Part shown: piece by piece, positions 30,890 to 48,884 of the stretch | Numbering within the stretch: position 1 is the stretch's first letter | Layout of the letters: every line of letters begins with the position of its first letter | Assembly: GCF_009914755.1 (NCBI RefSeq) | Contig: NC_060929.1 | Reading direction: 5' to 3' (one strand) | DNA: 64,000 nt | Source of the DNA: the human T2T-CHM13v2.0 reference genome, Homo sapiens | Notes under the pieces: generated by a model | What the model was told of the DNA's origin: nothing | Databases searched by the model: none | Seen by the model: the letters and a program-made list of their open reading frames with translations, nothing else | Translations under genes and position numbers: made by a program

Positions 30890-31737
30890 ATCTATCAACT
30901 AATGAATGGGTTAACAAAATGTGGTATATCTATATAATGTAATACCATATAGCAATAAGAATACTGATACATACTACAACACGAATAAACCTCAAAAACT
31001 TTACCCGAAGTGAAAGTAGCCAGTCAAAAAGACCACATATTGTATAATCCCATTTACATGAAACATCCAGAATAAGTAAATCTGGAGACATCAGATTGCC
31101 AGCTTCATAGGACTGACGTGGGGTGGGGGAGAATGAAGAATGACTGTGCTCCTTTTCTAGGACTACCGTAACAAAGTATCACAAACCAAGTGGCTTAAAA
31201 ATCGGAAGTTTATGTCACACAGTTCTTGAGGCTAAAAGTCCAAGATCAAGCTATCATCCTCTCTCTGCAGGTGCAAGGAAAGGGCTTATCCCAGGCCTCT
31301 CTCCTGGCTTCTGAGTTCCTTCGCCTGTGGTGGCATAACTCTAATCTTCACATGGCATTCTCCCAGAGTGTGTGTCTGTTTCCAAACCTCCCCCTTCTAA
31401 AAGGACACCACTCATGCTGGATTAGAGACCTGCCATACTCCAGTATGATCTCATCTTAACTAAATACATCCACAACTCAATTTCCAAATAAGGTCACTTT
31501 GAGGTACTGGGGATAAGGACTTCAACATATGAGTTTGGGGGGACACCATTCAACTCATAACACTGCTGATGTTTTTTCCTTTTGGAGTGGTGAAAATGTT
31601 CTAAAATCAGATTATGGCGATGGCTGCATGACTTTGTAAATATACTAAAACAGATGAAATTGTATACTTTAAATGAGTGAACTATATGGTATGTGAGTTG
31701 TATCTCAGTAAAGCTGTTTGGAAAAAAAAAAAAAAAG
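30890..31737 (+). mobile_element. L1MB-type 3' end with poly(A), split by an MLT1 LTR
   Basis: aatgtggtatatc...atacatactacaac...gaaaatgttctaaaa...tatctcagtaaagctgtt followed by an A-run. Confidence 0.8.
31143..31562 (-). mobile_element. MLT1 MaLR LTR
   Basis: gtaacaaagtatcacaaacc...tttccaaataaggtcac...ggacaccattcaactcataaca. Confidence 0.82.
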
Positions 31738-32157
31738 ACAAGAGAGCTTGGGTTTAAAGAGTCTGCCCAAGCTCAATAATCAACTCAATGGTGTGTTTGG
31801 GAAAACAGGATCTCTCAACAAGGGCAGTGAGATATAAACTTGCAGAGGAGCCAAGGGCAACTTGCCTTTATATATCCACGTTACATGTAAATTCGCTTTG
31901 ACTCAGTTGGGTATACAGTGATTCATACCATCATTCTCTCTACTCTGCACGTTTGATAATTTTTCACTATAAGAAGCTGTAAGAGTTAATCATGCATACA
32001 CATAGACTATAATATCACACAGCCACGAAAATGATATGATAGTCTCTTCAATAAATGGTGGGAAAACCATATGCAGAAGAATAAAACTAGGCCCCTATCT
32101 CTCATTGTATACAAAAATCAAATCAAAACGGATTAAAGACTTAAATCTAAGACCTCA

Positions 32158-32608
<451 letters not shown>

Positions 32609-32907
32609 TCACAACAAGTTAAAAAGCTTCTGAACAGCAAAGGATACAATCAACAAAGTGAAGAGACAACCCAAACAATGGGAGAAAATATTTGTAAACT
32701 ACCCATCTGACAAGGGCTTAATAACAAGACTATATAAGGAGCTCAAACAACTCTATAAGAAAAAAAAAAACTAATAATCCAATCAAAAGTTGGGCAAAAG
32801 CTTTGAATAGACATTTCTCAAAAGAAGGCATAAAAATGGCAAACAAGCATATGAAAAGGTGCTCAACATCACTGATCTTCAGAGAAATGCAAATCAATAC
32901 CACAACA

Positions 32908-33216
<309 letters not shown>

Positions 33217-33338
33217 CCGCAATGAGATATCATCTCACCCAGTTGAAAGATAGGCAATAATAAATGCTGGTGAGGATGTGGGGAAAAGGGAACCCTTGTG
33301 TACGTTGCTGGTGGGAACATAAATTAGTACAACCACTA

Positions 33339-33737
<399 letters not shown>

Positions 33738-36711
33738 GGAAATCAGTATACTGAAGACATACCTGTGCTCCTGTGTTTGTTGCAGCAGAGTTTACAATAG
33801 CCAAGATTTGGAAGCAACCTAAGTCTCTATCTGGGATGAATGGATAAAGAAAATGTGGTACATATACACAATGGAGTACTATTCTGCCATAAAAAAGAAT
33901 GAGCTCCAGTCATTTGCAACAACATGGATGGAACTGGAGATCATTATGTTAAGTGAAATAAACCAGGTACAGACAGAAAGATCAACATCCCATGTTCTCA
34001 CTTATTTGTAGGATCTAAAAATCAAAATAATTGAACTCCTGGGCAGAAAGAGTAGAAGGATGGTTACCAGAGGCTGGGAAGGGTGTAGTGGGGAGATGCA
34101 GATAGTTAATGGGTACAAAAAAGAATAGAAAAAATGAATAAGACCTATTATTTGATAGCACAACAAGGTGACTACAGTCTATAATAATTTAACTATACAT
34201 TTTAAAATAAAGAGTATAATTGGACTGTTTGCAATGCAACGGATAAATGCCTGATGGAATGGATACCCTTTTCTTCATGATGTGCTTATTTCACATTGCA
34301 TGTTTGTATCAAAATATCTCTTGTACCCCGTAAATATATACACTTACTATGTATGTACTCACAAAAATTAAAAATTAAAAAAGGAAAAGATAAAATTACT
34401 GAGATTTGTTTCATGGGCTAAAAAGTAAGTAAAAATAGAACTTCTAATTAATTTTTTTAAATATGATAAAGGTACATGGAGACATATTTATAATATGCTC
34501 ATAATGTGAAATGGTACATTCAACCTTTGGGGAGGTATCTGTTGTTGTATAAATGCAAAATGGTACATTCAGCCTTTGGGGAGGTATTTGTGGAGTGAGA
34601 GGTACAACTTGTCAAAATTTAAAAGCGTTTTAATTGTGTACTCCATAGGATCCTGTAACTCTACATCTAGGTATCAGTGCTACAGAAATACTTGCAAATG
34701 TGCTTAAAGATTATGTACAATCCTATTGCTAGGATTATTTGTAATAACAAGAAATCAGAAACCTAACTGTCAGTTAATAAGGAAATTAATAAATTTTGAT
34801 TCATCCATTCAGTGGAATCCTATGTCACCATTAAAAAGAATGAAACAGGTCTATAAATGTGCTCATGTGGAAAGACACTGAAGACAAAAAATAAAAAAGC
34901 CAATTATAAAATAGTATATAAAGTACGATACCATGCATTTAAAAACTCTATAACTTGTTTAATTTTTCTCTGAAGTTTTATTATGAAAAATGTCAAACAT
35001 TCCAAAAAGTTCCATGTAAAATCTTTTAAATGTTTTTAAATGCCCATGCTATATTTCCAAGTGAAAAAAAATAGGTTACAAAACCAAGAATACACTATGA
35101 CCTCATTTGTATATAAATATACATAGGGATTTTTAAAATCTACATAAAATATTAAGTTCATGGTAAATGCTCACTCCCTCAATGCCAGCTATTGTTGTTA
35201 TCTGAAGGTAAGCAGCCTGATGATAAAGGGGTCCCCAAACCCAAGCATCCTGACTTCTTCCAAGTCCACAGCTTCCCTTAGTTCGGATAAGGGTCCATCT
35301 AAGGCCAACAGGGCAGTTGACAGCTTCCTCCCATTCATTTTACCCCGTGCTCCTGCTGAAGAGCAGCCAGGAGAAATAAGCTTGAGACAAAAGAAAACCG
35401 TGGACATCCTTCCTGGCTGCACAGGCAGCCCTGGCTGCGGATCCCTGGAAGGAGAGCCGGAACCAGTGAACAAATCCCAACCTCATATTGGACAGTTCAG
35501 GGCCTCATCTGATTCTGCAGGCACAGAAAAGAGGTACAGTTTGGCCCACTGGAGAACACTGCAAAGCAGTGTTTTCGAGATACAATTAGGTCAAACTGGG
35601 CATCGCTGGAGAGCAGAAGTAATTTCCTCCCAGGGGCAATGGGTTTTAAGGTCAACTCTTCTTAATTACATTTGGAAACCAACTCAGGGGAATTCCCTCT
35701 GACTTCATTCTTAAATGCTTTTCTGACCCTGCAAAACACAAATAACAGTGTCTATTTATTGTGCTCTCATAGTGCACCAGGCACCCTGTAAATCCTTTAA
35801 GAGCATTACGTTATTGAATTCCACACACATCCTATGAGGTTATTATCCCCATCACGTAGATGAGAAAACTGAGACTCTCAAAGGTTGAGCGACTTGCCAA
35901 AGCTTACACCTCCAGGTAGTGCAAGGAGCCAAGCTTGGGATGCACACCTGCCTGGATTACACTATCACATTACACTGACATGCAAATTCTAACCAGGGCC
36001 TGGGAAAGGTAGGAGGAAAGGGAAGGGGGAGAGTAGAACAATGAAGAAGAAATGCCAGTGCTAACCAAAAAAGAGCCCAAAGCATAATGAGCCAGGACTA
36101 TGCATCTGAGAGGCAATATACTGCCCCAGTTAAAAGCCTGGACTTGGGAGTCAAACAGATCTAGTTTCACATCCTGGCCCTGCTCTTCCCACCCACATGA
36201 CTTTTAGCAAGTCACACTGCTCCACACCTCAGGGTCCCCATCTGCCAAATAGGGCTAATATAGGAATCTACTCTTCATTGGTTGGTTGTGACAAGTGAAG
36301 TAGATGACCCATATAAATACCACAGTACGATGCCTGTTATACAGGCATCTCCTACTTTTTAGCTATCACCATTTGTTAATATGTGACAATCATTCCTAGT
36401 TATCCTCAGCCAGAAGTTCCCTAAGGGCAGACAGAGCATCAGAGAACATGACCCGGAACTTGGGTAATGTAGATAAGCAATAACCACACAGATTATTGCT
36501 CAATATGTTTTTTTCTCTTGTCATTTTCATGCTTGAAGAAAGCTGCAAGGGCCACATGTCACAGCTTGCATCCCCAAAACACCTGAAAACATTTGTTCTG
36601 GACGTTGCATTAGTACAAATTAGCATGTATTGAAAACCTGCTTGCTATGTGCCAGACGTTGTACTAAGTGCATTGTCATACATTATCTCCTAACCTCACA
36701 AACCCTGTGTG

Positions 36712-37660
<949 letters not shown>

Positions 37661-37865
37661 CCCTGCAATGAAGGTATCAATGTCTCTATTTTCTATGCAA
37701 GTGCTATAATGTAGTAAGAGGCAGGCAGGCCAGAGTTTGACTCCTGGCTATGCCCAATACTGGGTAAATTATTTAAACTCCTCATGCTTGAGTTTCATTA
37801 TAAAATGCAGACAACAATATCTCATTCAAAGGGTTGCCATGAGGATTCAATAAGACATTGTGTGA

Positions 37866-38242
<377 letters not shown>

Positions 38243-38589
38243 AAGTAGTATTACTATGAATACAGATGAAGAAGTAAAACTTAGAAGGCAAGTGACTTAC
38301 CAAAGACCACCCAACCGGAAGTGTCAGTATCTGGAATTGAATCAGGGTCTCTGGGACCAAAGTCCAAATCTGTTCTACTCTATGGATTAGGATGTTTAAG
38401 GCTTGTGTGCACAAGGCTTTCAGAATCAACACATCTAGGCTATTTCAATTTTGGATGCTCTCTGATACCTTAGACAAGCGTATCATGAAGCTGCATCCCT
38501 TCAGATCACCAGGCTTATTACTGAGTCTGAGCTTAAGCAATGGACCCTAAGAAAGTGATATCATGTGTCCAATATTTTAGAAATAATGG

Positions 38590-38953
38590 CATCTTAGTCC
38601 ATTCTGGCTGCTATAACAAAACAGCATAACCTGGGTAGCAAATAAGCAACAAATTTACTTCTCACGGTTCTAGAGTCTGAGAAGTCCAAGATCAAGGGAT
38701 CAGCAGATTTCGTGTCTAGTGAGGGCCCTCTCTCCGGTTCATAGATGGTAGCTGCTAGCTGTGTCTTCACCTGGTGGAAAAGGTGAGCTAATTCTCTCGG
38801 GTCTCTTCTATCAGGGCACTAATCCTATTCATGAGAGCAGAGCCCTCATAAACGAATCATATCCAAAAGGCCCCACCTCCTAATACCATCACCTTGGGGA
38901 CTAGGACTTCAACATAAGAATTTGAAGGGAGACATAAACATTCAGTACATTGC
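38590..38953 (-). mobile_element. MaLR LTR (MLT1A/MSTD-like)
   Basis: cttagtccattctggctgctataacaaaa...ggcactaatcctattcatgag...gacataaacattcag. Confidence 0.82.
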
Positions 38954-41018
38954 AAATGGAGACCCTGCTTATGCTGGGGTGGGGTTGAGAGTTTGGCTTA
39001 TAAAAAATCACATCAGACTGGCTGGCAATCCATTTGTTCTGCAACTCCAGGCATTTGGGACAACATGGGAAATGCAAATGAAATCATTCTCAGTCTACAA
39101 AGCTACAATTAGAAACTACATCTCAAACAGGACTACCAGGTCTCTCTGGAATGACGTGCCTAGCAAAGCACTTGGAATTTAAATCCACTCATGCATTCAC
39201 TGCCTTCAGCGTCAACACAGCAGGGTTAAACCAGTTCTTCATACTTCCAAAGAACATGTGAAGAAAATTTCAGACACCACAGGCAGCTCTCATCAAATTC
39301 TGGTGTCCCCACCCATTCATCCAACTGTTTCCTCAGCACCTGTCTCCCCGGGTTATACAACCTTAGCCATGGGGAATGGGGAGCCCAGCTGCGAGTAGAG
39401 TTTGGAAAAACATTTTGAATACTTTAGATCTGCCAAATACTTGGTTAAAGAATGATATCCTTTAATTTCTTGAGCCATGTGTATTTTAAGTGCAATGTAA
39501 TCCATATGTCTATGACTCATTTAAATGCAACTCAGTGAAGCATGGTTTACTAAGAGCATTGGGATACCATCTAAGCCTTTCTAAGCTGCTCTTTGATCCA
39601 GGAAATTGAATTTTGCCAACAACAAATGAAGCTCCTGACAAGAGAGGGTCAAAGAGAGCTGTCCTTTATCCTAGGTAAGATGTTAAAGTCTACTCTTGAC
39701 CTGGGAGGAAGCTGGGAGGGTGGAGGTGGGGAGAGCTCCACTGCCTAAGTGGTATTCATAGTTTTGCTTTGGGTCTGCTACTATTTCTACCAGGTATCCT
39801 TGAAAAAGAAGTGCAGGAATAAGAGATGGCAACTAATCTGCCCCGTGTGTTGCTGAAAAATTCCTTTCCTGCCTGCTAATTCTGCCCTTCCTCAATTCCA
39901 CCAGTATTATGCAATCCAAATTGTATAATGGACTTGAGGAAAAACGAGAATGTTAGGGAGCTAGATTACTCCATTAGCACTGAATGTTAATTTTCCAGAT
40001 TGTAGCTTGATTTCCAGGACAATGAAAGCCTTCTCCTTCCCTATGATATCACTGAAGGACTGATAAGAAGTTAGGGATAGGAAGAAAGATTAAAGTTGGA
40101 AGTAATGATAGGTATTAAAATCAGTAAACCTCTAAATGCCCAAATTCTGCCTTGACAATTGCTGTTCCCCAGGTGGTTTGGAGGTAGACATACTCACAAA
40201 AGAAAACAAACGCCCGTTCTTATTAACTAAACTTGAGCAAATAAGATCTCTCTTTAGCTAACTGGGCTGGAGCACAAATGGATGGGGTTAGACCAAAGGA
40301 CGTCTCTCCCTTTCTCAAGCCATCATCATTTGGACTTGAGGAAGGACAGTGTATTGAAGAAATGAGAGTCCTAGAATGTGTTTAAGATACTAGAAGACAG
40401 AAGCATATGGCCAAAGAGCCTCTGGGCAAAGTGCCTACTAGTTGAGCCATTCATTTGCTTTTGAAGGTGATCTTGTAATAGAGTGATCCTGCTCACTAGT
40501 AATGCGGCCCAGTGAGCATCCAGGAATCTGGTTGAGCAATTCAGTGTGCCCTCCTTTTGGGAAAAAGCCAAGAAAGGACAGGATATGGCGCTGGGGCTCA
40601 CATAACCCTGTTCATCTCCCTGGATGCCTGCAGCTAACTAAGGAGGATTCCATTTGATTTCAGCAAACAAGTTTTTGTCAAATATGGGTTCCTGGGTTGG
40701 TGAGGTAGTCTCAGGACATGGGGAAAAGAACATAGAGAAAAAATATGGATTAATGCTCAAATCTGTGGGTTGTGCAAACAGCAGTCTATAATTTCTGCTC
40801 TGTAGTTTCCCTTCTTGTATTTTCTGTTGCCTGAACCTGCGGGTTCTGACCTAGAAGTTCGTCCCCAACTTCAAGGTCCCGTGATTTGGGGCACCTTTTT
40901 CCTTTATCCCACTGCCCACTATTTCCCAGGATGTCTCCACAGGTAGAGCAAATTTCCTGAGGCAGAGACTTCTTTTGCATTTTTCTACTCACAGAGCATC
41001 CTTTAAAGAGGTAGTGCA

Positions 41019-41401
<383 letters not shown>

Positions 41402-42599
41402 TCAGGGGAGCTGGCTGGCTTTTTGACCAATTTCATATCATCTGTCTCTGAGGTCAATGCTATGTCCACTGTACCACACTGCCTCAATCACAAGTTTCTC
41501 CAACAGCAGCTATGCACCAATCTTTGCAAATTATGTGATTACATGTGTGTATAAATATTAAACAATGTAATATATACTTTATTAGAGCAGAAGACTGTCT
41601 TCATGACATCCAGTTGAGTTCAAAAAAGGAAATGCTGGAGCAATATGTCTGACATAATCTCATTTCTGCTCCTCCCTCCCCAACAAAAATAGCAGCTTCT
41701 GTGTGACTGTGTCTGTATGTGATTGTGTCTGTGAGGATTCATGTGCATGTTCTTGTATGCATAGAAAAGGTCCAGGGTTTGCTCACCAAACAGCAGTGGA
41801 TTTTCCTCGTGGGAGGGAAACTTTCATTCTTTTGTTTATTTGGAATTGCTACATGTTTTACAATGAGCATGCTTTGCTTTTGCAATTTAAAAACAATGAG
41901 CAAGAAATAATCATAGCTACCTTGAGCTTGGAATACAAACAAGGCACTCTGCTAAGTCCTTCACCTGTACCATCTCATTTCATCCTCCCTGTGGCTCTGG
42001 CTCTATGACATGGGACTATAATTACACCCCAGATGCACAAACTGAGGCTTAAAGAGGCTACAAGGTAGTAAGTGGCAGAGCCAGGATCTGAACACAGGAA
42101 TAACCGACACAAAAGCAATGCTCAGATTATCCCTAAAGGGTCACTGTTTTTCACCTGCACTCAATAGAGAAAAGAATGTGTGCTTCTCACGGATGTCATC
42201 CGTGAGTTGCTGAGTTGCTTCAAAGCAGAGACAGGCTGCCGGCTGCCGCGCTATTGTAGGACACCTCAGTGTGTCTGCTGCCTGAGCTGAAGCTCACTTT
42301 GCTGTGTTCCCCCTCCTCTCCTGGCCCATGCCCCATGCCTTTCCATCCTCACCATTCTTGGCGATCTCTCCATGTGTGAATTCCATTAAAGGCTTGCTCA
42401 CTGCTATTTTGGGCCATGCATTAATACGTGGGCTTTGATTTGATGGGAGAAGGCCAGACACGGCAGGATGATGAAAAAGAAATTTAAAATGTCCTCTCCC
42501 TCCCCCCAGAGTCCCAGAAGCCCTTGCTCACCGCTCCTGGGAGACCTGAGAATCCAGTGTATGGGGAAATGTACAGAGGGAGAGTGGAAACCTTCATCA

Positions 42600-42985
42600 T
42601 CTATTAGGGCCTTTGAACGTGGCTGTTCCCTCTCCTTGGAATTGTCATCTCTCAGCTACCCATATGGCTCACTCCATCACCTCCTTCAGGTCTTGACTCA
42701 AGTATCAGTTCACCTGAAAGGCCTTCCCTGACTGCCATTCAGAAACAGCAGCTCCCATTCTACCTCCACACTCCCCTGGCCCCACTCCCTATGCTCCTCT
42801 GTCTCCTGCACAGCACCCATCACCTGACGGACGGTGCACTCACTTGTCTGCTTACTGTTTCCCACTAGAATAGAAGCTCCATAAAGGCTGTACTGTTTTA
42901 TTCACAGCTTTATCCCCAGTACCTGCACTGGTGCCTGAAATGTCACAGAGGCACGTAGATTAAAAAAAAAAAAAAATGAATACGT
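42600..42985 (+). mobile_element. L2 3' fragment
   Basis: aggccttccctgac...cccactagaatagaagctccat...ttcacagctttatccccagtacct. Confidence 0.7.
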
Positions 42986-45407
42986 TGATCGAGGAGGTTA
43001 AGAACCAGAGGCTGAGAAATGGCTTGGCCCAGGGCCTAGTTTCCCCCAAATGTCATGAGATTATAGAAACTTCAACACAGTGATTTGAAAAATTAGAAAA
43101 TCATCTCCCCCGCTCCAAAGCTGTTTTGAATCCGGACTCGCACGCACCATGAATGAGAAGGCTTTGGGAAATAAACACACTAGGAAGTCGTGTGCAGTTG
43201 GAGTTCCGCTCACTAACACATGTTCAAAACAAAAAGCCCAATTTGGATGAAAATAGCAGGAAGCCGTCCCCCAGGGACACCTGGTGAGGTCATATTGCTT
43301 GGCTCTGCTGCTTCCATTTTTACCAACTCTGCTGCCTTCTGCCAATTCAAGGAGGCCAGGAACCACATCCAGCCCCATGCGGCTCAATGGGAAACGAGAG
43401 CTGCTCTCGGAAAAGCAGATGCTAGAACCACAGCCCCGGGCTCTCCTCTGGAGCCTCAGTGTGGGACAATAAAAATCCCAACAGTGGCTGGCCACTCACC
43501 ATGCGCTGTGCAAGCACTTCCTGCACTTCACCTCATTTATCCTCACAACCATCCCACGAGGCTGGCCTTATTACCCTCATTTTATAAACAAGGACACCGA
43601 AGTTCCAAAAGATTCAGCCATTTGCCCTGGGTCACATTCTGTAACTCCAGACTCACACCAAGAATACACATGATCCTAGTTTCAGCTCTTTCATTTACTT
43701 GCTGGGTGGCCTCAGACAAATGCCTATCCCTCTCTGAATCAAAACTTCTGCATCCATAATTTCAGAGTTTTCTAAGATCATTCCATTCAGTGTTTTCTAA
43801 GGCATCTTCCTGCTTTAGCTTCCTATGGTCTGTAGCAAATGTTTCAAAATAGGAGGGAAGGATAGAGACTTGAGTCCTGGGACTCCTGCTTGGCCAGTCC
43901 AACTCCTAAGCATTTTCCCACAACACCAACACTATCACTTGGGCTGACCAGAGGGAGCTGAAGGGCCACAGGCTCTACTGGGGGCAGAACAGGAGAGATT
44001 AGACACAGGCAACAACAGGGAACACTTAGACTAGAGTTAATGGGAACAAAGCTGCCGTGAGCAACAAAGGCAGGCCCCCGAGAGACACGGTCAAGAACAA
44101 ACCCTCTAAGGGCCTTTTCTTGTAGGACCAAAGGAAGACAATGCAAGGAAAAATCCAGGGCCAATAGACGCTGCACTGTCTAGGGACGCAGCTGGCCAGG
44201 TCTATTCCAGGGACACAGGAGAGAAGAAACACAGCCTAAACTGGCTTTACTCTCAAGAGGAGAGGAACAAAAATGACTGTGATCCCCATCTTTCTGGCTT
44301 CCCGAGGCCACCATGTCCTGGAGGCAGAGGAAGGATGTGGATGAAGCCCCACCACTGCACAAGCTGTGAGTTGTATTTTAACCACACTCGGGACAGCACT
44401 CATCCTCCTTTGCAAGTGCCCAAAAAGCCCAAATTTGGAATAAATTATATTCTCCCTTTCCACCCAAGCCTAAAAGCTATTCCCATCCTTTTGTATACAG
44501 GAAGGTCCTTCTTCATCCTTTTCTTGGCAGTGATGCATTTGATTACTCATTGGCTTCCAGGGGGTTCTGGAGGCTGCCAAGAGGAGACAGGCAGCTCTCC
44601 AAGCCACGCAGCCTTATCTGCGACGTCTGTGTGGCAGAACGAAAAGTGGGACGGTCAGTGGGGAAACACCAAATGTTTTCAGAGTCCCCCGGCCAAGTAA
44701 GGAGAGCTCTTCATGGCTAAGTAGATGGGGAATGGCCAAAGAATGAGCCACAGACATAGCCATGCATCGTGCCCATTCACCTCCTCCATTACATGAATCC
44801 AGATATGACTGCATCTGATGGCAAATCAATGTGCAAGTGCCTCTGAGCCAGGCTACCACCCAAGATGAATGAGGTTAAGAAGATGGAAGAGCCGGGCCCG
44901 ATGTAGCCAGGAGACTGTTGACGATGCCCTGTTGACAAAATCTCAGATGCGGCTGAACCAGAACACATGGAACAATCTGAGTCTGAGGCTCCAAGCCCCA
45001 GCACACCCTGCTTTGCTCGCTCCTCTCTGCTGTTTTCCTCTAATCTCCTTCATTTCCTGCCACACACTAGGCTGGCGCTAGTAAGGCAGCTGCCAAAGAC
45101 CTCTGGTCCATCCACTCCCTTAATCTCACACATACACAGACCTCTGTGTGCCCGCAGTGAACTCCAGGGGCCCCTGAAATACTGCCTAAGGAAATTTTAG
45201 CAACACATTTAGCAGTCCAGCAATCTCACATCGAGTCAAGAGGCTGTGGAAAGGCTCTGGCTTTGCAAGATGCTGCCTGAAAGAAACCAAGGACTGAGAG
45301 CTTGGGGTCACTCCATTGACTGCTTCCTTCCAGAACAGCGACACCTGCGTCCGGCGTTGACACAGAAGTTATTTGTTTCATTTTAGACAAAGGAGGAGTC
45401 CACTTAC

Positions 45408-45478
45408 TCATTCTTCTCCAGGTCCAGGATCAGTTCTCGCCCCTCAGCCATTACCCTGAGCTCAGCTTTGAGTGGATG
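45408..45478 (-). CDS. ADAM19: ADAM19 coding exon 3 (prodomain)
   Basis: acceptor ttttag|CAT; HPLKAELRVMAEGRELILDLEKN(E); donor GA|gtaagt; 71 nt. Confidence 0.97.
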
Positions 45479-46471
45479 CTAAAAGCAACAACAAAACAAT
45501 GTCAGTTCCTAAAAGCCGGCACCAGGCTCCCTGGGTCGGGCACAGGATCTAGCACAGCGCTCCAACATTGATCCACAGGAAGTGAATGAGCAAAGGTCAA
45601 TTGCATTTCCAGCCCACATGTAAAATGACCTCAATCCCAGAATGACCCAAATCCTTCCCCCATCTGCTTTCTCCTGAAAGGCATAGAGAAGAAACTCCAG
45701 GCTGCAATGTGGTGTAAGTGTATGTATGTGGTGCGGTGAAGGGAAACACTGGAAAACACAATCTCCAGCAGTAAATGTCCTGCAGAGTCAGATCTGGATT
45801 CAAGCACCGGCTCTGACACCTGCAGCTGTGTGAAGTCGGACATGTTGCTGAGCCTCCCCACATCTCAGTTTCTTCATGTATGATACAGAGATAGTAATAG
45901 TCAATTTGATGGGGATCTTGTAAGGATTGAGTGAGATAATGAGCATAAATAATGTATCACAGTGCCTGGCACACGGCAAGCCATGATACATATTGCCTAT
46001 TATCTTGTAAAATACTAGGGGATCCTCTTCGTAGTGGGTTCTTATTTCATTTTGGCTCTCCGTTTGGAAAACCCCAATCATCTCAGAGGAAGCAACTAAG
46101 AGATCCTCAAATTAAGGTTTTATAGGCCAAAAAGTAGATACATTTTACACATAAGCAGTTTGGTAGTGGCCACAGGTGCTACATATCCAGAACGGATCAC
46201 TTAACATATACCAGTGGTTGATAAGCACAAAAACTATGTTCGACATCGCTAATAAACCACCTCCCCACGTCCAGAAAAACAAATTAAAAATAATAAGATA
46301 CCTTGAAAAAAATCAAAGTGCCAGAGGTTATCTAAAACTCTAAATCACAATGCACAATGCCCACTGTAAACTGGGCACTCGCAATCCCTACCACTGAGAA
46401 TTTAAACTGACGGCAACTCTCTGAAAGATAACATGACAGTATGCACTGAGAGTTTAAAAATGTTTAGACTC

Positions 46472-46763
<292 letters not shown>

Positions 46764-46861
46764 TTAGACTCAGGAATGTGAGGCTGTTTGAAAGGAATAA
46801 ATGGAGGCACAGGCAAAGGTTTGCACATAAGGACATTTATTACTTATAATAATGAATAATG

Positions 46862-47205
<344 letters not shown>

Positions 47206-47732
47206 TTAGAGAATGGTTAAATAAATGATGATCCATTCATATGACAGAACACTGAATGATCATTAAAAGCAGCAACTTTAAGTAGTTGTTAAATTACTGA
47301 CAAAATGTACACAATAATCATTAGTCATAAAGCTCAAAATACAATACTGAATATTTTATTTAAATACACTTCGCAAAGGGAAAAATGTAGAGAGAAATAA
47401 GCCTAACCATTACCATAGTTAATGGGATCATGAGTTAATTTTGTTTTCTTTTGCACATCTTTCCACATGTTTACAATTGCTTTCACAGTTTAAGAAAAGA
47501 ACTTTTTATTAATCTCTTTTTACTTTATTATTGTGGAGAATTTCAAAGAAATTTAAAAACCAAGTCATAATAAATCTCCACGCTTCAACAATTCAACTTA
47601 AGGCTACTGAACTTTTTTCGAAGAAATAAATTATTTTTTTAAAAAAGGATATTTACATATTTAAAACAGAACAGATTCTTTGGAGTGTTTTAAACATAAG
47701 CTCTCTATTTTGGGACTAAGGAACTGACAACT

Positions 47733-48005
47733 TTTTTTGAGACGGGGTCTTGCTTTGTTGTGCAGGCTGGAGTGCAGTGGCACAATCACGGCTCACTGCA
47801 GCCTCAACCTCCCAGGCTCAAGCATACTGAGTAGCTGGGACCACAGGTGCATGCCACCACACTGGGCTAGTATTTTTAAATTTTTTGTAGATACTGGGGT
47901 ATTACCATGTTTCCAAAGCTGATCTTGAACTCCTGGGCTCATGTGATCCTCCCAACTCAGCCTCCCAAAGTGTTGGTATTACAAATGTGAGCCACCTCAT
48001 CCAGC
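47733..48005 (-). mobile_element. AluJ
   Basis: Reverse Alu with J-type features. Confidence 0.9.
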
Positions 48006-48465
48006 AGATAAATTCTTGAAGTCCCTTTCAATCCACAAAATCATTGCTAGAGTAGAGCTTCTAGCCCTTCTAAGGTTGACCTCAAAGCTTACTTCTTGCA
48101 TGTCTGAGAAAGTAGGTCACCTGTTCTGCCACCTCTGGTTAGAAGCCTACCTCGTCTAAGCACATTCCCCTTCCTCGCTGCAAACCCCACTCTGCATTAG
48201 GATTTGGGCATTTCTGAGACTTTGAGGTCACCAAGGGCTCTGATGAGATCTCAACATTCCGATCAAAGGCTCTTGGGCAACGCTGGCCATTGCCTAATTA
48301 ATCGTATTACTTCATCTCAAGAAGGAACATTTCAAACCCACCGAAGTAGGAAGCTGGGGAGATGTTTGACCAATAACTTTCACTAAGAGATTCACTTCTC
48401 TGTTTGTCATGCCCTGATTCAGCTCTGCCAACACCTATTCTGGTTGCAGATCCTTTGCCACTTTA

Positions 48466-48884
<419 letters not shown>

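Noticed and set aside
35160-35702. 180-aa plus-strand ORF (also 43220-43759 and 14059-14541)
   Set aside because: No recognisable protein family, no promoter or splice support; length compatible with chance in 64 kb over six frames
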